Of a stretch of 64,000 bases of DNA, positions 27,828-37,573 are shown in pieces; positions within the stretch are counted from its first letter, which is position 1, and the number at the start of each line of letters is the position of its first letter. The notes below the pieces were generated by a model, which saw only the letters and a program-made list of their open reading frames with translations, ran no database searches and was not told the DNA's origin. Location: positions 118,891 through 182,890 of the forward strand of contig JAKLDJ010000001.1 in assembly GCA_022703585.1 (NCBI GenBank), in the 5' to 3' direction. The DNA is from Candidatus Omnitrophota bacterium. GTDB lineage: Bacteria > Omnitrophota > Gorgyraeia > Zapsychrales > JAKLDJ01. Position numbers and translations under genes: made by a program.

Positions 27828-29408
27828 ATGGAACAAGCAGCGAATCAGCCAACCCACCATGTAACAGCCCGTGCCGATCGTATTTCTTTCTTTCAAAAAT
27901 TCGTCTACGGGATGGGGTCGTTCGTTAACCAATTTGCCGGCGCTGCGATGGGGAGCTTAATTCTTGTTTTAAACCTTGGGCTCGGTGTCAATCCCGCCTT
28001 AGTCGGAACGATAGGAGCTATCCCTCGTTTTCTCGATGCCTTTTCCGATCCCTTAATCGGCTACAGCTCGGACAATACCCGAACCCGCTGGGGCCGCCGT
28101 AAGCCCTGGATATTGTTTGGGGCCCTTTCTTCGGGAATTTTATTAGCCATGATGTTCCAGCTCCATCCGGGAAAAAGCGAAATGTTCTATTTCTGGTGGG
28201 TCTTGGGAATCCAATGCCTCTTTGTTATTGCCTTCGCCTGCTATTCAATCCCCTGGCTTGCTCTTGGATATGAAATGACGCCGGATTATCATGAACGGAC
28301 ACGGTTGCAGGCAGTCGCCAGTTTTTTTGGCCAACCCGTCTGGATTATTGCAGCCTGGATTCCGATGGTCATGACTTCAAAAGAAATTCCTATCAAAATA
28401 TGGAATTGGACTTTAACCGTTATCAATAGTCCGTTTAAAGATATCGTCGAAGCATCACGGGGCCTTGCGATCTTTGTCGGGATCTTTATTACCGTCTTCG
28501 GGGTCCTTCCGGCTCTTTTCAATAAAGAACTTTACGGGAATTTACCCCGGCCGGAAAAAGCAAAAGGTTATAAAAATGTTATTAAAGACATCTTGCACAA
28601 TTGTGCCACTTCTTTCAAATGCGGCCCGTTTGTCAAGCTGGTCACGGTAACATTCCTGATCTTCAACGGATTCATGCTGGCCTCCGCCTTCACCGCTTAT
28701 GTTGTTTTCTTCTATGTCTTTGGCAATCAACCCACCATGGACCTGATGTACCAAAACGGCGGGGCCTTGCTGGGTGTCTTTGGGTCACTCAGTGCCATTT
28801 GTACTGCCTTCGTCGCCATTCCCTTAACAACATGGATTTCGACAAAACTCGGCAAGCGCAAGACCTTTTTAATCACCATGTCGCTGGCAATCTTTGGTTA
28901 CGTCTTAAAATGGGTCGGATATAACCAGCAATATCCTTATTTACTGATCGTCGCGGCGCCATTCTTGGCGTTCCACCTGGGGTCGCTGTTTACAATCGTC
29001 TGCTCCATGGTCGCCGATGTATGTGATCTTGATGAGCTTCAGACCGGCACCCGCCGGGAGGGGATGTTCAGCGGTATTTTCTGGTGGGTCCAAAAGCTGG
29101 GCATGGCCGGGGCATCGCTCCTCGCCGGAATCCTCCTCAATGCAACCGGTTTCAAACAGGCGCTAGGCCTCAACCAGACAGCGGACGCTTTGTTTTACAT
29201 GAGAGTTTGCGACGTCGGAATTCCGATTGTGACCTCTTTGATCGCTATTTACATTATCATGACCTTTGATATCACAGAAGCTAAAGCCTACGATATCCGC
29301 CAGCAGGTCGAACGGCGAAGAGAAGACAGGCGAAAAGAAGAACGGCGTGCAGAAGAAAGACGCGCAGAAAAAAGACGGGAAGAAGAAAGACGAGGAAGGC
29401 AGTTATAG
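27828..29408 (+). CDS. MFS transporter, glycoside-pentoside-hexuronide (GPH):cation symporter family
   Basis: 12 TM helices and the GPH signature (DAFSDPLIGYSSDNTRTRWGRRKPW). It has an atypical 35-aa Arg/Glu-rich C-terminal tail (RREDRRKEERRAEERRAEKRREEERRGRQL). Confidence 0.85.
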   Translation: MEQAANQPTHHVTARADRISFFQKFVYGMGSFVNQFAGAAMGSLILVLNLGLGVNPALVGTIGAIPRFLDAFSDPLIGYSSDNTRTRWGRRKPWILFGALSSGILLAMMFQLHPGKSEMFYFWWVLGIQCLFVIAFACYSIPWLALGYEMTPDYHERTRLQAVASFFGQPVWIIAAWIPMVMTSKEIPIKIWNWTLTVINSPFKDIVEASRGLAIFVGIFITVFGVLPALFNKELYGNLPRPEKAKGYKNVIKDILHNCATSFKCGPFVKLVTVTFLIFNGFMLASAFTAYVVFFYVFGNQPTMDLMYQNGGALLGVFGSLSAICTAFVAIPLTTWISTKLGKRKTFLITMSLAIFGYVLKWVGYNQQYPYLLIVAAPFLAFHLGSLFTIVCSMVADVCDLDELQTGTRREGMFSGIFWWVQKLGMAGASLLAGILLNATGFKQALGLNQTADALFYMRVCDVGIPIVTSLIAIYIIMTFDITEAKAYDIRQQVERRREDRRKEERRAEERRAEKRREEERRGRQL

Positions 29409-29447
29409 AGGCTTTCGTTCTGTTTATCCCTGGAGCTTAAGGAAAAC

Positions 29448-30389
29448 GTGACAAAACAACCTGACAATAAAAGTATGAACTCAAAACCGGTTATTATTTT
29501 TCCATACCGAGGGTATGAGAATAACGAACAGTGTGAATGGTATTTTTGGTGGACCGTTGACCGATGCAAAGAAATCGATCCCAGGCCGATCGTTGTGTTG
29601 CCCCGGGATACAGTCATAAAGCAGAATGCCGTTTCTTTCATAAAAGATGAGCGATACAAGACCCTCGAGGTTGTGCAAACCTGGTCGGTCGACACATCCC
29701 AGACATGGCTTGCCGGCTGGGGCCATGTGCTTGATAATTATCCTAAAGTAGAAAGAATTGTGCAAATCCCGGGTGACCTGGATTATGTCAAAGAGGATGT
29801 CAAGTTCTATGAAAACTTGAGCAGCTTTATTAAAACAACAGGTTCGGATATTGCCATAGGAGATTTTGGGACCGGGGATAAGTTCAGCGCCAAAAGCTTA
29901 GTCGATACCTACGGCTCGTACCCACTTCTCGCGAACTGGTTTCCGGAGATCTCGCAAAGCATAAGGTCCCTGCCTCTTCACAGATCGAGGTCCGAGTTTC
30001 TTAATATCAAGACATCGGTTTTGCGCGAGCTTATCATAAATAACAGAAATTTTGCTTATGAACAAACCCTGAACTTCTTGATCAAATCCTGGAATTACGA
30101 TGAAGCAAAATGGAAATATAATATATCCGTATCTCCCCTAGGAAGCCTGTCGGACAATAAGTCTTTTAGGGATTACAGAGCCTCTGTTGACCAGATAGAG
30201 AGAATCGAACGGATGCTTTCTTTATTATGGCGGGAAATCAGGGAGCCAAAAAAGAAAGACAGCGTAGACGATAAAGAGTTCGAACAACAGTATACCGTGT
30301 TCAGCAACGAATACGACAAACTCTACACTAAATCAAAAGGCATTATGGAAACCGCCCGAACGACTCTAAGGGCCTTCTTGGGCGTATAG
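29448..30389 (+). CDS. hypothetical protein (no recognisable domain)
   Basis: 313-aa ORF 39 nt downstream of the MFS gene. It is soluble and no motif was recognised. It is followed by a bidirectional terminator hairpin. Confidence 0.5.
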   Translation: MTKQPDNKSMNSKPVIIFPYRGYENNEQCEWYFWWTVDRCKEIDPRPIVVLPRDTVIKQNAVSFIKDERYKTLEVVQTWSVDTSQTWLAGWGHVLDNYPKVERIVQIPGDLDYVKEDVKFYENLSSFIKTTGSDIAIGDFGTGDKFSAKSLVDTYGSYPLLANWFPEISQSIRSLPLHRSRSEFLNIKTSVLRELIINNRNFAYEQTLNFLIKSWNYDEAKWKYNISVSPLGSLSDNKSFRDYRASVDQIERIERMLSLLWREIREPKKKDSVDDKEFEQQYTVFSNEYDKLYTKSKGIMETARTTLRAFLGV

Positions 30390-30417
30390 ATTAAAACAAA
30401 ACGGTTCCTTTAAAAAG

Positions 30418-30450
30418 AAACCCTGTTTCTCGTCGAGAAACAGGGTTTTT
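30418..30450. terminator. bidirectional rho-independent terminator between convergent genes
   Basis: 14-bp perfect stem AAACCCTGTTTCTC/GAGAAACAGGGTTT with a 3-nt loop, flanked by A-run and T-run, so a U-tract follows the hairpin on both strands. Confidence 0.65.
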
Positions 30451-30468
30451 AACAAAGTGCCGTTTTCG

Positions 30469-31314
30469 CTATCCCCCCGTTGCCCCGTATGTAAAGCCCC
30501 GCATAATATGTTTTTGCATCAGTAAATATATAAAGATAATAGGAAGCGCGGCAATAGTCAGGCCCGCCATCAAGACCGGATAGTCCACGCTGTGAGCCCC
30601 CTGAAATTTCATAAGCCCTATCTGAAGCGGCATCAGGTCTTTATCGTTTAAAAGCAGTTGCGCTAAAATATACTCGTTCCACACAATTAAAGAATTAAAA
30701 ATAACAACGACCGCAATGGCAGGCCTGGCCCACGGCAAGGCAACATGCCACCAGATACCCAATTTATTGCATCCCTCGATGCGGGCCACATCTTCCAAGT
30801 CAGACGGCAATTTATCAAAGAATGTCTTGAGCAAAAAGATACTCATGGAAAGCCCGACATTGATCATGCAAAGAATATAGCCGATGCGCGTATCGGCCAA
30901 TCCCAATTTATTGACCAAAACAACCAGGGGAACAAAACTCCCCGGCAAGGGGATCATCATCGCGGCGATAAACATATAGAAAAAGAAATTCTTGCCCGGA
31001 AAACTCAAACGAGAAAATGCAAAAGCAGCCAGAGAAGCGACAACGACTATTCCCCCCACAACCGTACCCGTATAAAAGATGCTGTTGAGCAAATATATTC
31101 CAAAACCTCCGTCAACCCAGGCCTTGGCATAGTTTCCAAAATGAAGCGCAGACGGTATTAAAGACTTGTCCGTAAAAATAGTGTCCAGGCTCATCAAAGA
31201 CGATCGAAACATCCAAAAAAGCGGAAACAAGCACGTCACGGCGGTCGCAATTAAGAAAGCATGGGCACCGACACCGCCTAAAACTTTTAATGCCCTGTAA
31301 TACAATAAGTTCAT
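30469..31314 (-). CDS. carbohydrate ABC transporter permease (MalG-like)
   Basis: 281 aa with six TM helices and the binding-protein-dependent EAA motif (EDVARIEGCNKLGIWWHVALPWARP). Confidence 0.85.
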   Translation of the reverse strand: MNLLYYRALKVLGGVGAHAFLIATAVTCLFPLFWMFRSSLMSLDTIFTDKSLIPSALHFGNYAKAWVDGGFGIYLLNSIFYTGTVVGGIVVVASLAAFAFSRLSFPGKNFFFYMFIAAMMIPLPGSFVPLVVLVNKLGLADTRIGYILCMINVGLSMSIFLLKTFFDKLPSDLEDVARIEGCNKLGIWWHVALPWARPAIAVVVIFNSLIVWNEYILAQLLLNDKDLMPLQIGLMKFQGAHSVDYPVLMAGLTIAALPIIFIYLLMQKHIMRGFTYGATGG

Positions 31315-31396
31315 ATGTTTTTAATCCTATGCGATTGACTTTGAGAGTTCTTTGCGTTCGCTGGGTTCGTTGAGTTCGTTGTGTTTCTTACTCAGC

Positions 31397-31445
31397 CAAC
31401 TCTATAACTCTATAAACCCTATAAACCCAATAAACCCAACAAACT
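31397..31445. repeat. short tandem repeat array (~9-nt unit AACYCTATA / AAACCCAAY) in the spacer between the two ABC permease genes
   Basis: aactctat aactctat aaaccctat aaacccaat aaacccaac aaactcact, preceded by gggttcgttgagttcgttg. Confidence 0.5.
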
Positions 31446-31448
31446 CAC

Positions 31449-32456
31449 TCAGGCTTGCTTTAACCTGTCCGAAATAAACTTAAACCCTAAAGAAACAGCA
31501 ATTAAAATGATACCAAAAGCGACACCCTGCGCGCAGGCATAACCAAAATAGTGATCCAGCATCGAATCCAGGATCTCTGTTACCGGAACAGAAGTGTAGT
31601 CCACAAAACCGCTTCTGCCAGTCATCGAAATAATAAGGATAAACGACTGCATGGAACCTAAGATCGTCAGTATAACAACGACGAGGGTGACCGGTATCAT
31701 CGCGGGAAGAGTAACATTCTTTAGTATCTTCCAGCTCCCGGCCCCATCAACTTTCGCCGCTTCATAAAGCTGCCGATCGATTGTCTGCAGTCCGGCCAAG
31801 AACATCAAAAATCCCCATCCAAAACCTTTCCAGGAGTGCACGATGGATATGCACGGCAAGGCCGTCCGGGGGTCGGACAACCAGTTATTGACCAAATGGG
31901 GAAAACCTGTTTTTACCAGTACGTAATTTAAAAGCCCGATAGGTTCACCGCTTTGCATTCCGGCATTTAGAATCCACGTCCACACTAAACCAACCACCAC
32001 TTCCGATAAAACAGGCGGTATAAAAAAAACGACAATATAAAAATTCTTCATTCTTAGCTCGCGGTCACACAAAAGAGCGAGTGTAAAAGCCAGGGCATTC
32101 TGAAAGGTTAATGCCACGAGGGTAATAAATCCTGCGTTCATCAGAGAGCCCCACCATTGCCTATCCTGGAAAAGGTCGATAAAGTTCTGAAAACCTACAA
32201 AATCTTCCTTGAACTTAATAACATCAATCCCATTCCATTCAAGAACGGAAAGTCGAAATATATCGATAAAAGGATATACGTAGAAAGTGCAGAAGATAAC
32301 AACAGCGGGCAAAATAAACAAAAAGCTCGTGAGATGCGCCCCCATGAAGTCCTTCGACTTTGGCTCAGAATGGTGAGCGAAAGTCGAACCATTTTTCTTA
32401 CCCGGGTTCACCCGCCGCAATTCCGTGGGACGAGTCGAAGGGCCTGTCTCTACCAT
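31449..32456 (-). CDS. carbohydrate ABC transporter permease (MalF-like)
   Basis: EAA motif (YEAAKVDGAGSWKILKNVTLP) and six TM helices. The ORF-track start at 32522 overlaps the upstream binding-protein gene by 65 nt; the start was moved to the in-frame ATG at 32456 (MVETGP...) immediately after the SBP stop. A later ATG at 32345 is also possible. Confidence 0.8.
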   Translation of the reverse strand: MVETGPSTRPTELRRVNPGKKNGSTFAHHSEPKSKDFMGAHLTSFLFILPAVVIFCTFYVYPFIDIFRLSVLEWNGIDVIKFKEDFVGFQNFIDLFQDRQWWGSLMNAGFITLVALTFQNALAFTLALLCDRELRMKNFYIVVFFIPPVLSEVVVGLVWTWILNAGMQSGEPIGLLNYVLVKTGFPHLVNNWLSDPRTALPCISIVHSWKGFGWGFLMFLAGLQTIDRQLYEAAKVDGAGSWKILKNVTLPAMIPVTLVVVILTILGSMQSFILIISMTGRSGFVDYTSVPVTEILDSMLDHYFGYACAQGVAFGIILIAVSLGFKFISDRLKQA

Positions 32457-32457
32457 G

Positions 32458-33834
32458 TTAATTCTTTCGCCTGCTTTCTCTTTCCAAAACTTTTTCTTTC
32501 GCGGCTTGAACTTCTTGCGCAACTTCTTGGGGTGTTTTTTCTCCGATAATAATCGACTGAATTCCTTTAGTAAATCTTTCGCTCACCTTAGGATGCTCAT
32601 TGACTCGCCATGCCGTCGGATGAGTCCCGTAGTCTGCGCCTTTGGCAAAGCCTGACAAAATAGGATCAACGGCTGAAAGTGCCTTTTTATTGGCGGGGAG
32701 ATTTTTTGTTTCTGCCGCAAAGACAGCTTGTTGTTCTCGGGCTGTCAGCCATTTTAAAAAATCAATTGATTTTTGCTTATTCATAGATCCGCCATTAACC
32801 ACAAACGACGAACCCGTGTACCAGATGGCCATAGGAAAATTTTTGCTCACGGCCGGGGGCAGCATAACGCCGTATTCGAGATTCGGATTCATATCCTTAT
32901 AAACATTAACACACCAAGAACCGTTAAAGGCAAAGGCGGCGCGCTCTAAGGCAAAATCCTGCTCGGCATATTTGTTGCCTTTGATAACGATGCCCTTAAC
33001 AAACGCGTCGTGATCGGCCAATATTTTAAAAAGATTAAACACTGTTATCCAGTCAGCATCGGTATACTTTACCTTGCCGCGGTAGGTCGCCATGACCTTT
33101 TCTTCGCCCATTACATTAAACGCATAATTCGAGGCAAAGCAATCGATCAGCCATGCCTCGCCCCAGCCGGACACAAAGCCGGCAAGGCCGACGCGCTTTA
33201 AGGCTTCGATGTCTTCGATAAGTTCCTGGAATGTCTCCGGGGGATTGGTAATGCCGGCCTGTTTGAGGAGTTTTTTGTTATAAAGCATCTGGATGGTGGT
33301 CACATCGATAGGGACCCCGTAAATACCGGGCCTGATCTTATAGATGTTGCTTTCTTCAAATTGATTAACCGCCAGGGCCTTGGGGAAAAAGCTCGATTCC
33401 CACTCGGAATTATTAAGCCGAAAATCATTTGTCAGATCCGCGACAAAACCGTTTTCGATAAACGAGGCAAAGACTTTCTTTTCGCCCAATACGCCGAAAA
33501 TATCCGGCAGGACCTTGGCCTGGGCAGCGGCAATAACCTTCTGCGAGTAGGCGTCCGACGGAGCATAGAGTTCAAAATTGACTTTGATGCCCGTTTCCCG
33601 CTCGTATTTTTGGGCGAGCTCAACCAGCGCGTCGTGCCGGTCAGTCATCCAGTGCCAGACGGTAATCGTATCGGTATTTTTGTTTTTTCCGAATGTGCAG
33701 CCCGTAATATTTAAAGCAGAAATAACGGCAAGAATGGATAGAACAAAAACGCAGGAGAAAGGTTTTCTCATCCGCCCTTTTCCTTTGTGCGGTGGGTTTC
33801 CCTTAGAGATTTTGCCCCGCCTCCGGCGGGGCAA
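32458..33834 (-). CDS. extracellular solute-binding protein of a sugar ABC transporter
   Basis: 458 aa with a lipoprotein-type signal (ALNITGCTFG), then a family-1 SBP fold. Confidence 0.8.
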   Translation of the reverse strand: MPRRRRGKISKGNPPHKGKGRMRKPFSCVFVLSILAVISALNITGCTFGKNKNTDTITVWHWMTDRHDALVELAQKYERETGIKVNFELYAPSDAYSQKVIAAAQAKVLPDIFGVLGEKKVFASFIENGFVADLTNDFRLNNSEWESSFFPKALAVNQFEESNIYKIRPGIYGVPIDVTTIQMLYNKKLLKQAGITNPPETFQELIEDIEALKRVGLAGFVSGWGEAWLIDCFASNYAFNVMGEEKVMATYRGKVKYTDADWITVFNLFKILADHDAFVKGIVIKGNKYAEQDFALERAAFAFNGSWCVNVYKDMNPNLEYGVMLPPAVSKNFPMAIWYTGSSFVVNGGSMNKQKSIDFLKWLTAREQQAVFAAETKNLPANKKALSAVDPILSGFAKGADYGTHPTAWRVNEHPKVSERFTKGIQSIIIGEKTPQEVAQEVQAAKEKVLERESRRKN

Positions 33835-33881
33835 AATCTCTAAGGTTCATAGACAAAATATTTGTATCGAATGCTCCTTAC

Positions 33882-36800
33882 TTACCGCTGGCCTCCATCC
33901 GGAACCATCATGATATTGATATTCGGTTTCCGGTTGTGCACAATAACGCCATCGGCTACATAAGTATGATAAGGATTAACCTCGAAATTGTAAATATTAA
34001 CTTTATTATTTACAACTTCGATAGTTTGGATGGCAACGTCTTCGCCTTGAGTGTTCGTCAGGGTATCACCGACTTTTAATTTCCCTATCTCTGTCCAGGC
34101 TCCTTTGCTTAAAACCCGGTGGATAGGTGTCACCTTCATATGACCGTTCACGATCAAGAAAGTGTCCTCTTGGTCATGCTTAAAGACCTCCGTGACCTTG
34201 TCCGGCTTCATCTGCTTTGTCTCTTCGTCGAAGGCCAAGACCACATCACCGACGCTGATATTCTCAATCGGCTTTTGCGTCCCGTCTGCCATCGTGATCG
34301 GCGTCCCGGCCAAGAAACAGCCAGGCGCGCTGGTAATGGTCAGGGTGGCGTCGTCGAAGTAGGCCTGCGCAGGAAGCGGGTAACTTACCGCGTCATAAAA
34401 GAGATTGGCTCTAATTGTCGCAGTGGCAGCTGTACTAGGAATTGTTATATTGCTAACCGATAACAGCGTCCAAGGAGTATTTCCTCCTATCGTGTTAGAA
34501 GAATGGGTGCCGATTTCAGCGCCACTGGAATTCTTAAATATGACCAAAAGCTGGGCGCTGGCTGTTGCCAGCGGGTCAATAATCGTTCTACCGTAAATTG
34601 TAGCGGTTAACTTCCTTCCCGGCGTAACGTTAACCGTTTGTTCGACTGCTCCGTTATGATCCTGAAGAGATACCGGGAATTCAAAGAGCGCGGCATAACT
34701 CCCGCTATGAGAAAGCGTCGTGACTTCAGCCGGTTGAAAAGGCATGTCCCAATCGCTTAACCCATTTTCAAAACCGGAATTAAGCAAAGTTGTTTGCGCC
34801 GGAGGAGAAATATAGTCATAGGAATAAACGAAATTATCGAAGTTGCCTATCCCTCCTACTGCTTGGCTATCTCCCTGAGAAGCGAAAACAAACCCGCTGA
34901 CTCTCACCTTGGTTGCGCCGGCAGGAATAGTCCCGGAAACATAAAGTTGCCGCCAACCATTATCCGCGGTTATTTGATCCGCATCAATGACATACGCGTC
35001 CCCTTGATTATCAATATACTCAAGCTGTATTCCAGCCGCCGCACTTGAAAAAACGCTTATGTCCGATTTAAGATAAGCGGTTAGATAAACATTTTGTGCC
35101 GCAGGAAATGGGCTTCCTTGCGCATTGTAATAGATATCCTGATAAATCGTGCTGTAATAATTTTGGGTAGTAGTTGAACCGATAGTCTTCTTAGCAGAAT
35201 AAGGAGAACTGTGCGGATTAACAGAATCTAATTCGCTGGGCGCTCCGTAAAGGTCAGTCCAACCACCAAGACCGCTACCGTCGTCAAAATTAGGGTTAAC
35301 GAGGCTTGTCCTAAAATTAGGTGGCGGTAATTGATCAAAAGAAGCAAAAACATCGTCGAAATATATATTCCCGCCATAAAGCGATGCGGCATGCGGGCAG
35401 GAAACAAAAGGACTCACCCTGGCCTTAGCCGATGAAGACGGGGCAACTGCCGTTACAAAAAGATACGTCCAGCCTGTTATCCCGCCGATTGTATTTGATT
35501 GCACCGGGCTACCGATAGGCGTACCATCTGCCTCAAAAAATTCCAGCTGCAAGCCAGCCGTTGCGCTGGATCGTGGATCTATAACAGTTTTGGCCCATTC
35601 AGTTGCCCACAATTGCTGTCCGGGAGTCACGGTAAATTCCTGGTAAATCCTCGACCAAAAATCCGCAGATCCGCCTGGAACTTGAATAATTGATTTGGCG
35701 GATTTGGTCCCAGTCCGATGCTCTTCAGTAACTGCCGCCATCGGATACCCGGTTGCATCTTGCGTCCATCCAGCCATGTCACTTTCAAAACTAGGATTGA
35801 GGATTAAATCGCTGGGCGGAGTGTTTGAAAAAGCCATGTCATCAACAAAAACATTGCCATTGATTGTCCCTTGATTCCTTTGCGCCCAAGCATAAGCACT
35901 TATTCTAACCGTGGCTGTGCCCGTTGGTGCTATGTTGTAAACATAAAGTAAAGACCAGTCGGTTTGACCTCCTATATCTGCTTGCTGAGCTGAACCAATC
36001 GGCTGCCCGGAACCATCTAAGAACTGAATCTTCACTCCGCCCCTAGCAATTTTCGAAGGATCAATATTTGTTTTTACCCATCCGGTAACATAAGCAGTAT
36101 TTCCTACGGTAAAGGGGATATCTTGCTGGTAAAGCTCAGTATAATAGTCGTTACTACCAGCCGTATCTCCTATTGTATGGTTTGCAGAATAAATTCCGGA
36201 ATGATGAGTCGTACTGGCTATCCACGGCCGGTAGAGAAAAGTCCAATCATTAACACCATTTTCAAAATCGGCATTAATCAAATCCGACGGAGGAAGTAAC
36301 GGTGGAATAGCCGTGTATGAAACTGCAAAATCATCAATATAGAAGTTACCACCTACTGCTGCCGTATCATTTTGCCCAGCCCAAAGAAATCCGCCAACTC
36401 TTATTTTTGTTGTAGTTGCCGGGGCAATCCCTGAAACATACAGCTGACGCCAATCCGTCATTCCTCCGATCTCCGACTTGATATCATACTGGCTGCCTAA
36501 ATAAGTGTTTCCGTTGTAAAACTGAATAAGCAATCCACCCTTCGCGCTTGCTAATGGATTTATGGCTGTCTTACCCCAAGCTGTGGCATAAATTGCCTGA
36601 CCTGCGCTTAAGGGCACTTCTTGATAAACTTGACCCCAATAATCCGAAGTAACACCATTGACATTATCCCGGGCACTATAAACTCCGGTATGAGCATAAG
36701 TAGTCGAAGCGCTGAATTGAGAATTACCGGCCCAACCGCTTAACTGTGATTCAAAACCAGGATTCGTTATTAAGCCGCCACCGGGGGCTTGAATTCTATC

Positions 36801-37340
36801 AATAAACATATTGTCAACGGCTACTTTGCCTCCAATAGCAGATGAATCGTCTTTGGCGGCATAAGCAAACGCACCTGCTCTCACTTTTGCTGTTCCGGTC
36901 GGAGCAGTGCCGGTTACATAAATTTCAGTCCAATCATTAACCCCGCCGACGGGCGTAGTTATCGTCCCAACGACAACATCTGAAGAATTGAGAAATTCTA
37001 CCATGATACCACCGCGAGCGGATGAACCCTCAGCCATTTGGGTTTTAATCTGCGCGGTCATGTAAATCGGATCGCCGGCCGCGACAGGAGTAATTACTTG
37101 ATAAATCTCGGCAAAATAATCCCTGTCAGCTACGGTGGTTATCGTATTTTCCGCGGCATAATTCGGGCTATGCACTATGGCATAGAAAGGATAGCCGACC
37201 GTTGACCAATTATTCACCCCGTTCTCAAAGCCCGGATCCGTAAAAAGATTCGTCGCCCAAGCTTGTGTGCCTACAGACAAAAACAGCCCTACAATTAGGG
37301 CTCCGATGGTTAATGCTCGTTTCATAACTCTGCCTCCCAT
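33882..37340 (-). CDS. secreted protein with six CBM4/9-like carbohydrate-binding repeats and a C-terminal bacterial intein-like (Hint/BIL) domain
   Basis: 1152 aa with a signal peptide. Six ~150-aa repeats each start with a NPGFE/DFENG...W motif. The C-terminal ~140 aa carry Hint blocks: CFLAGTPITMADG (N-terminal nucleophile Cys) ... VGDVVLAFDEE ... NIYNFEVNPYHTYVADGVIVHN (terminal His-Asn), followed by only 16 residues. Confidence 0.8.
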   Translation of the reverse strand: MGGRVMKRALTIGALIVGLFLSVGTQAWATNLFTDPGFENGVNNWSTVGYPFYAIVHSPNYAAENTITTVADRDYFAEIYQVITPVAAGDPIYMTAQIKTQMAEGSSARGGIMVEFLNSSDVVVGTITTPVGGVNDWTEIYVTGTAPTGTAKVRAGAFAYAAKDDSSAIGGKVAVDNMFIDRIQAPGGGLITNPGFESQLSGWAGNSQFSASTTYAHTGVYSARDNVNGVTSDYWGQVYQEVPLSAGQAIYATAWGKTAINPLASAKGGLLIQFYNGNTYLGSQYDIKSEIGGMTDWRQLYVSGIAPATTTKIRVGGFLWAGQNDTAAVGGNFYIDDFAVSYTAIPPLLPPSDLINADFENGVNDWTFLYRPWIASTTHHSGIYSANHTIGDTAGSNDYYTELYQQDIPFTVGNTAYVTGWVKTNIDPSKIARGGVKIQFLDGSGQPIGSAQQADIGGQTDWSLLYVYNIAPTGTATVRISAYAWAQRNQGTINGNVFVDDMAFSNTPPSDLILNPSFESDMAGWTQDATGYPMAAVTEEHRTGTKSAKSIIQVPGGSADFWSRIYQEFTVTPGQQLWATEWAKTVIDPRSSATAGLQLEFFEADGTPIGSPVQSNTIGGITGWTYLFVTAVAPSSSAKARVSPFVSCPHAASLYGGNIYFDDVFASFDQLPPPNFRTSLVNPNFDDGSGLGGWTDLYGAPSELDSVNPHSSPYSAKKTIGSTTTQNYYSTIYQDIYYNAQGSPFPAAQNVYLTAYLKSDISVFSSAAAGIQLEYIDNQGDAYVIDADQITADNGWRQLYVSGTIPAGATKVRVSGFVFASQGDSQAVGGIGNFDNFVYSYDYISPPAQTTLLNSGFENGLSDWDMPFQPAEVTTLSHSGSYAALFEFPVSLQDHNGAVEQTVNVTPGRKLTATIYGRTIIDPLATASAQLLVIFKNSSGAEIGTHSSNTIGGNTPWTLLSVSNITIPSTAATATIRANLFYDAVSYPLPAQAYFDDATLTITSAPGCFLAGTPITMADGTQKPIENISVGDVVLAFDEETKQMKPDKVTEVFKHDQEDTFLIVNGHMKVTPIHRVLSKGAWTEIGKLKVGDTLTNTQGEDVAIQTIEVVNNKVNIYNFEVNPYHTYVADGVIVHNRKPNINIMMVPDGGQR

Positions 37341-37470
37341 GGCTTTCGTTCCTGCGCCACGACGGTACGTCGGGGCGCGGAAACGCTTTCTTGTTAAATT
37401 TTAAAAAATGGCGTACATTCCAAGCGAAACTCCGGCGTGTACACCATCTTCGCTTCTCTTCTGCGACTAA

Positions 37471-37499
37471 AATATAACATATACTTATAGCATTGTCAA
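37471..37499 (-). promoter_or_regulatory. sigma70-like promoter (TTGACA-17-TATATT) for the CBM/BIL protein gene
   Basis: The minus strand reads TTGACAatgctataagtatatgtTATATT. It gives a ~125-nt leader ending in a GGGAGG SD 8 nt before the ATG at 37340. Confidence 0.5.
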
Positions 37500-37531
37500 A
37501 ATTATTAGCGACGGGTGGCAGGGGTGGTATT

Positions 37532-37563
37532 GCCCGGCGTCCCGCGAAAGCGGGACGCCGGGC
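37532..37563 (-). terminator. perfect 14-bp GC-rich hairpin with GAAA tetraloop immediately downstream of the GH94 gene
   Basis: GCCCGGCGTCCCGC gaaa GCGGGACGCCGGGC, located 11 nt after the GH94 stop. There is no clean U-tract, so it may be a terminator or an RNA-stability element. Confidence 0.5.
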
Positions 37564-37573
37564 AAAGGGGTAT

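Noticed and set aside
31397-31445. CRISPR array
   Set aside because: The repeats are only 8-9 nt tandem units without spacers, so this is not CRISPR. No CRISPR-like 25-40-nt repeat or spacer periodicity was seen anywhere in the window
31449-32522. A frameshift or pseudogene, as an explanation for the 65-nt overlap between the SBP gene and the MalF-like permease
   Set aside because: An in-frame ATG immediately after the SBP stop (32456) gives a normal permease, so the long N-terminal extension in the ORF track is just upstream open frame
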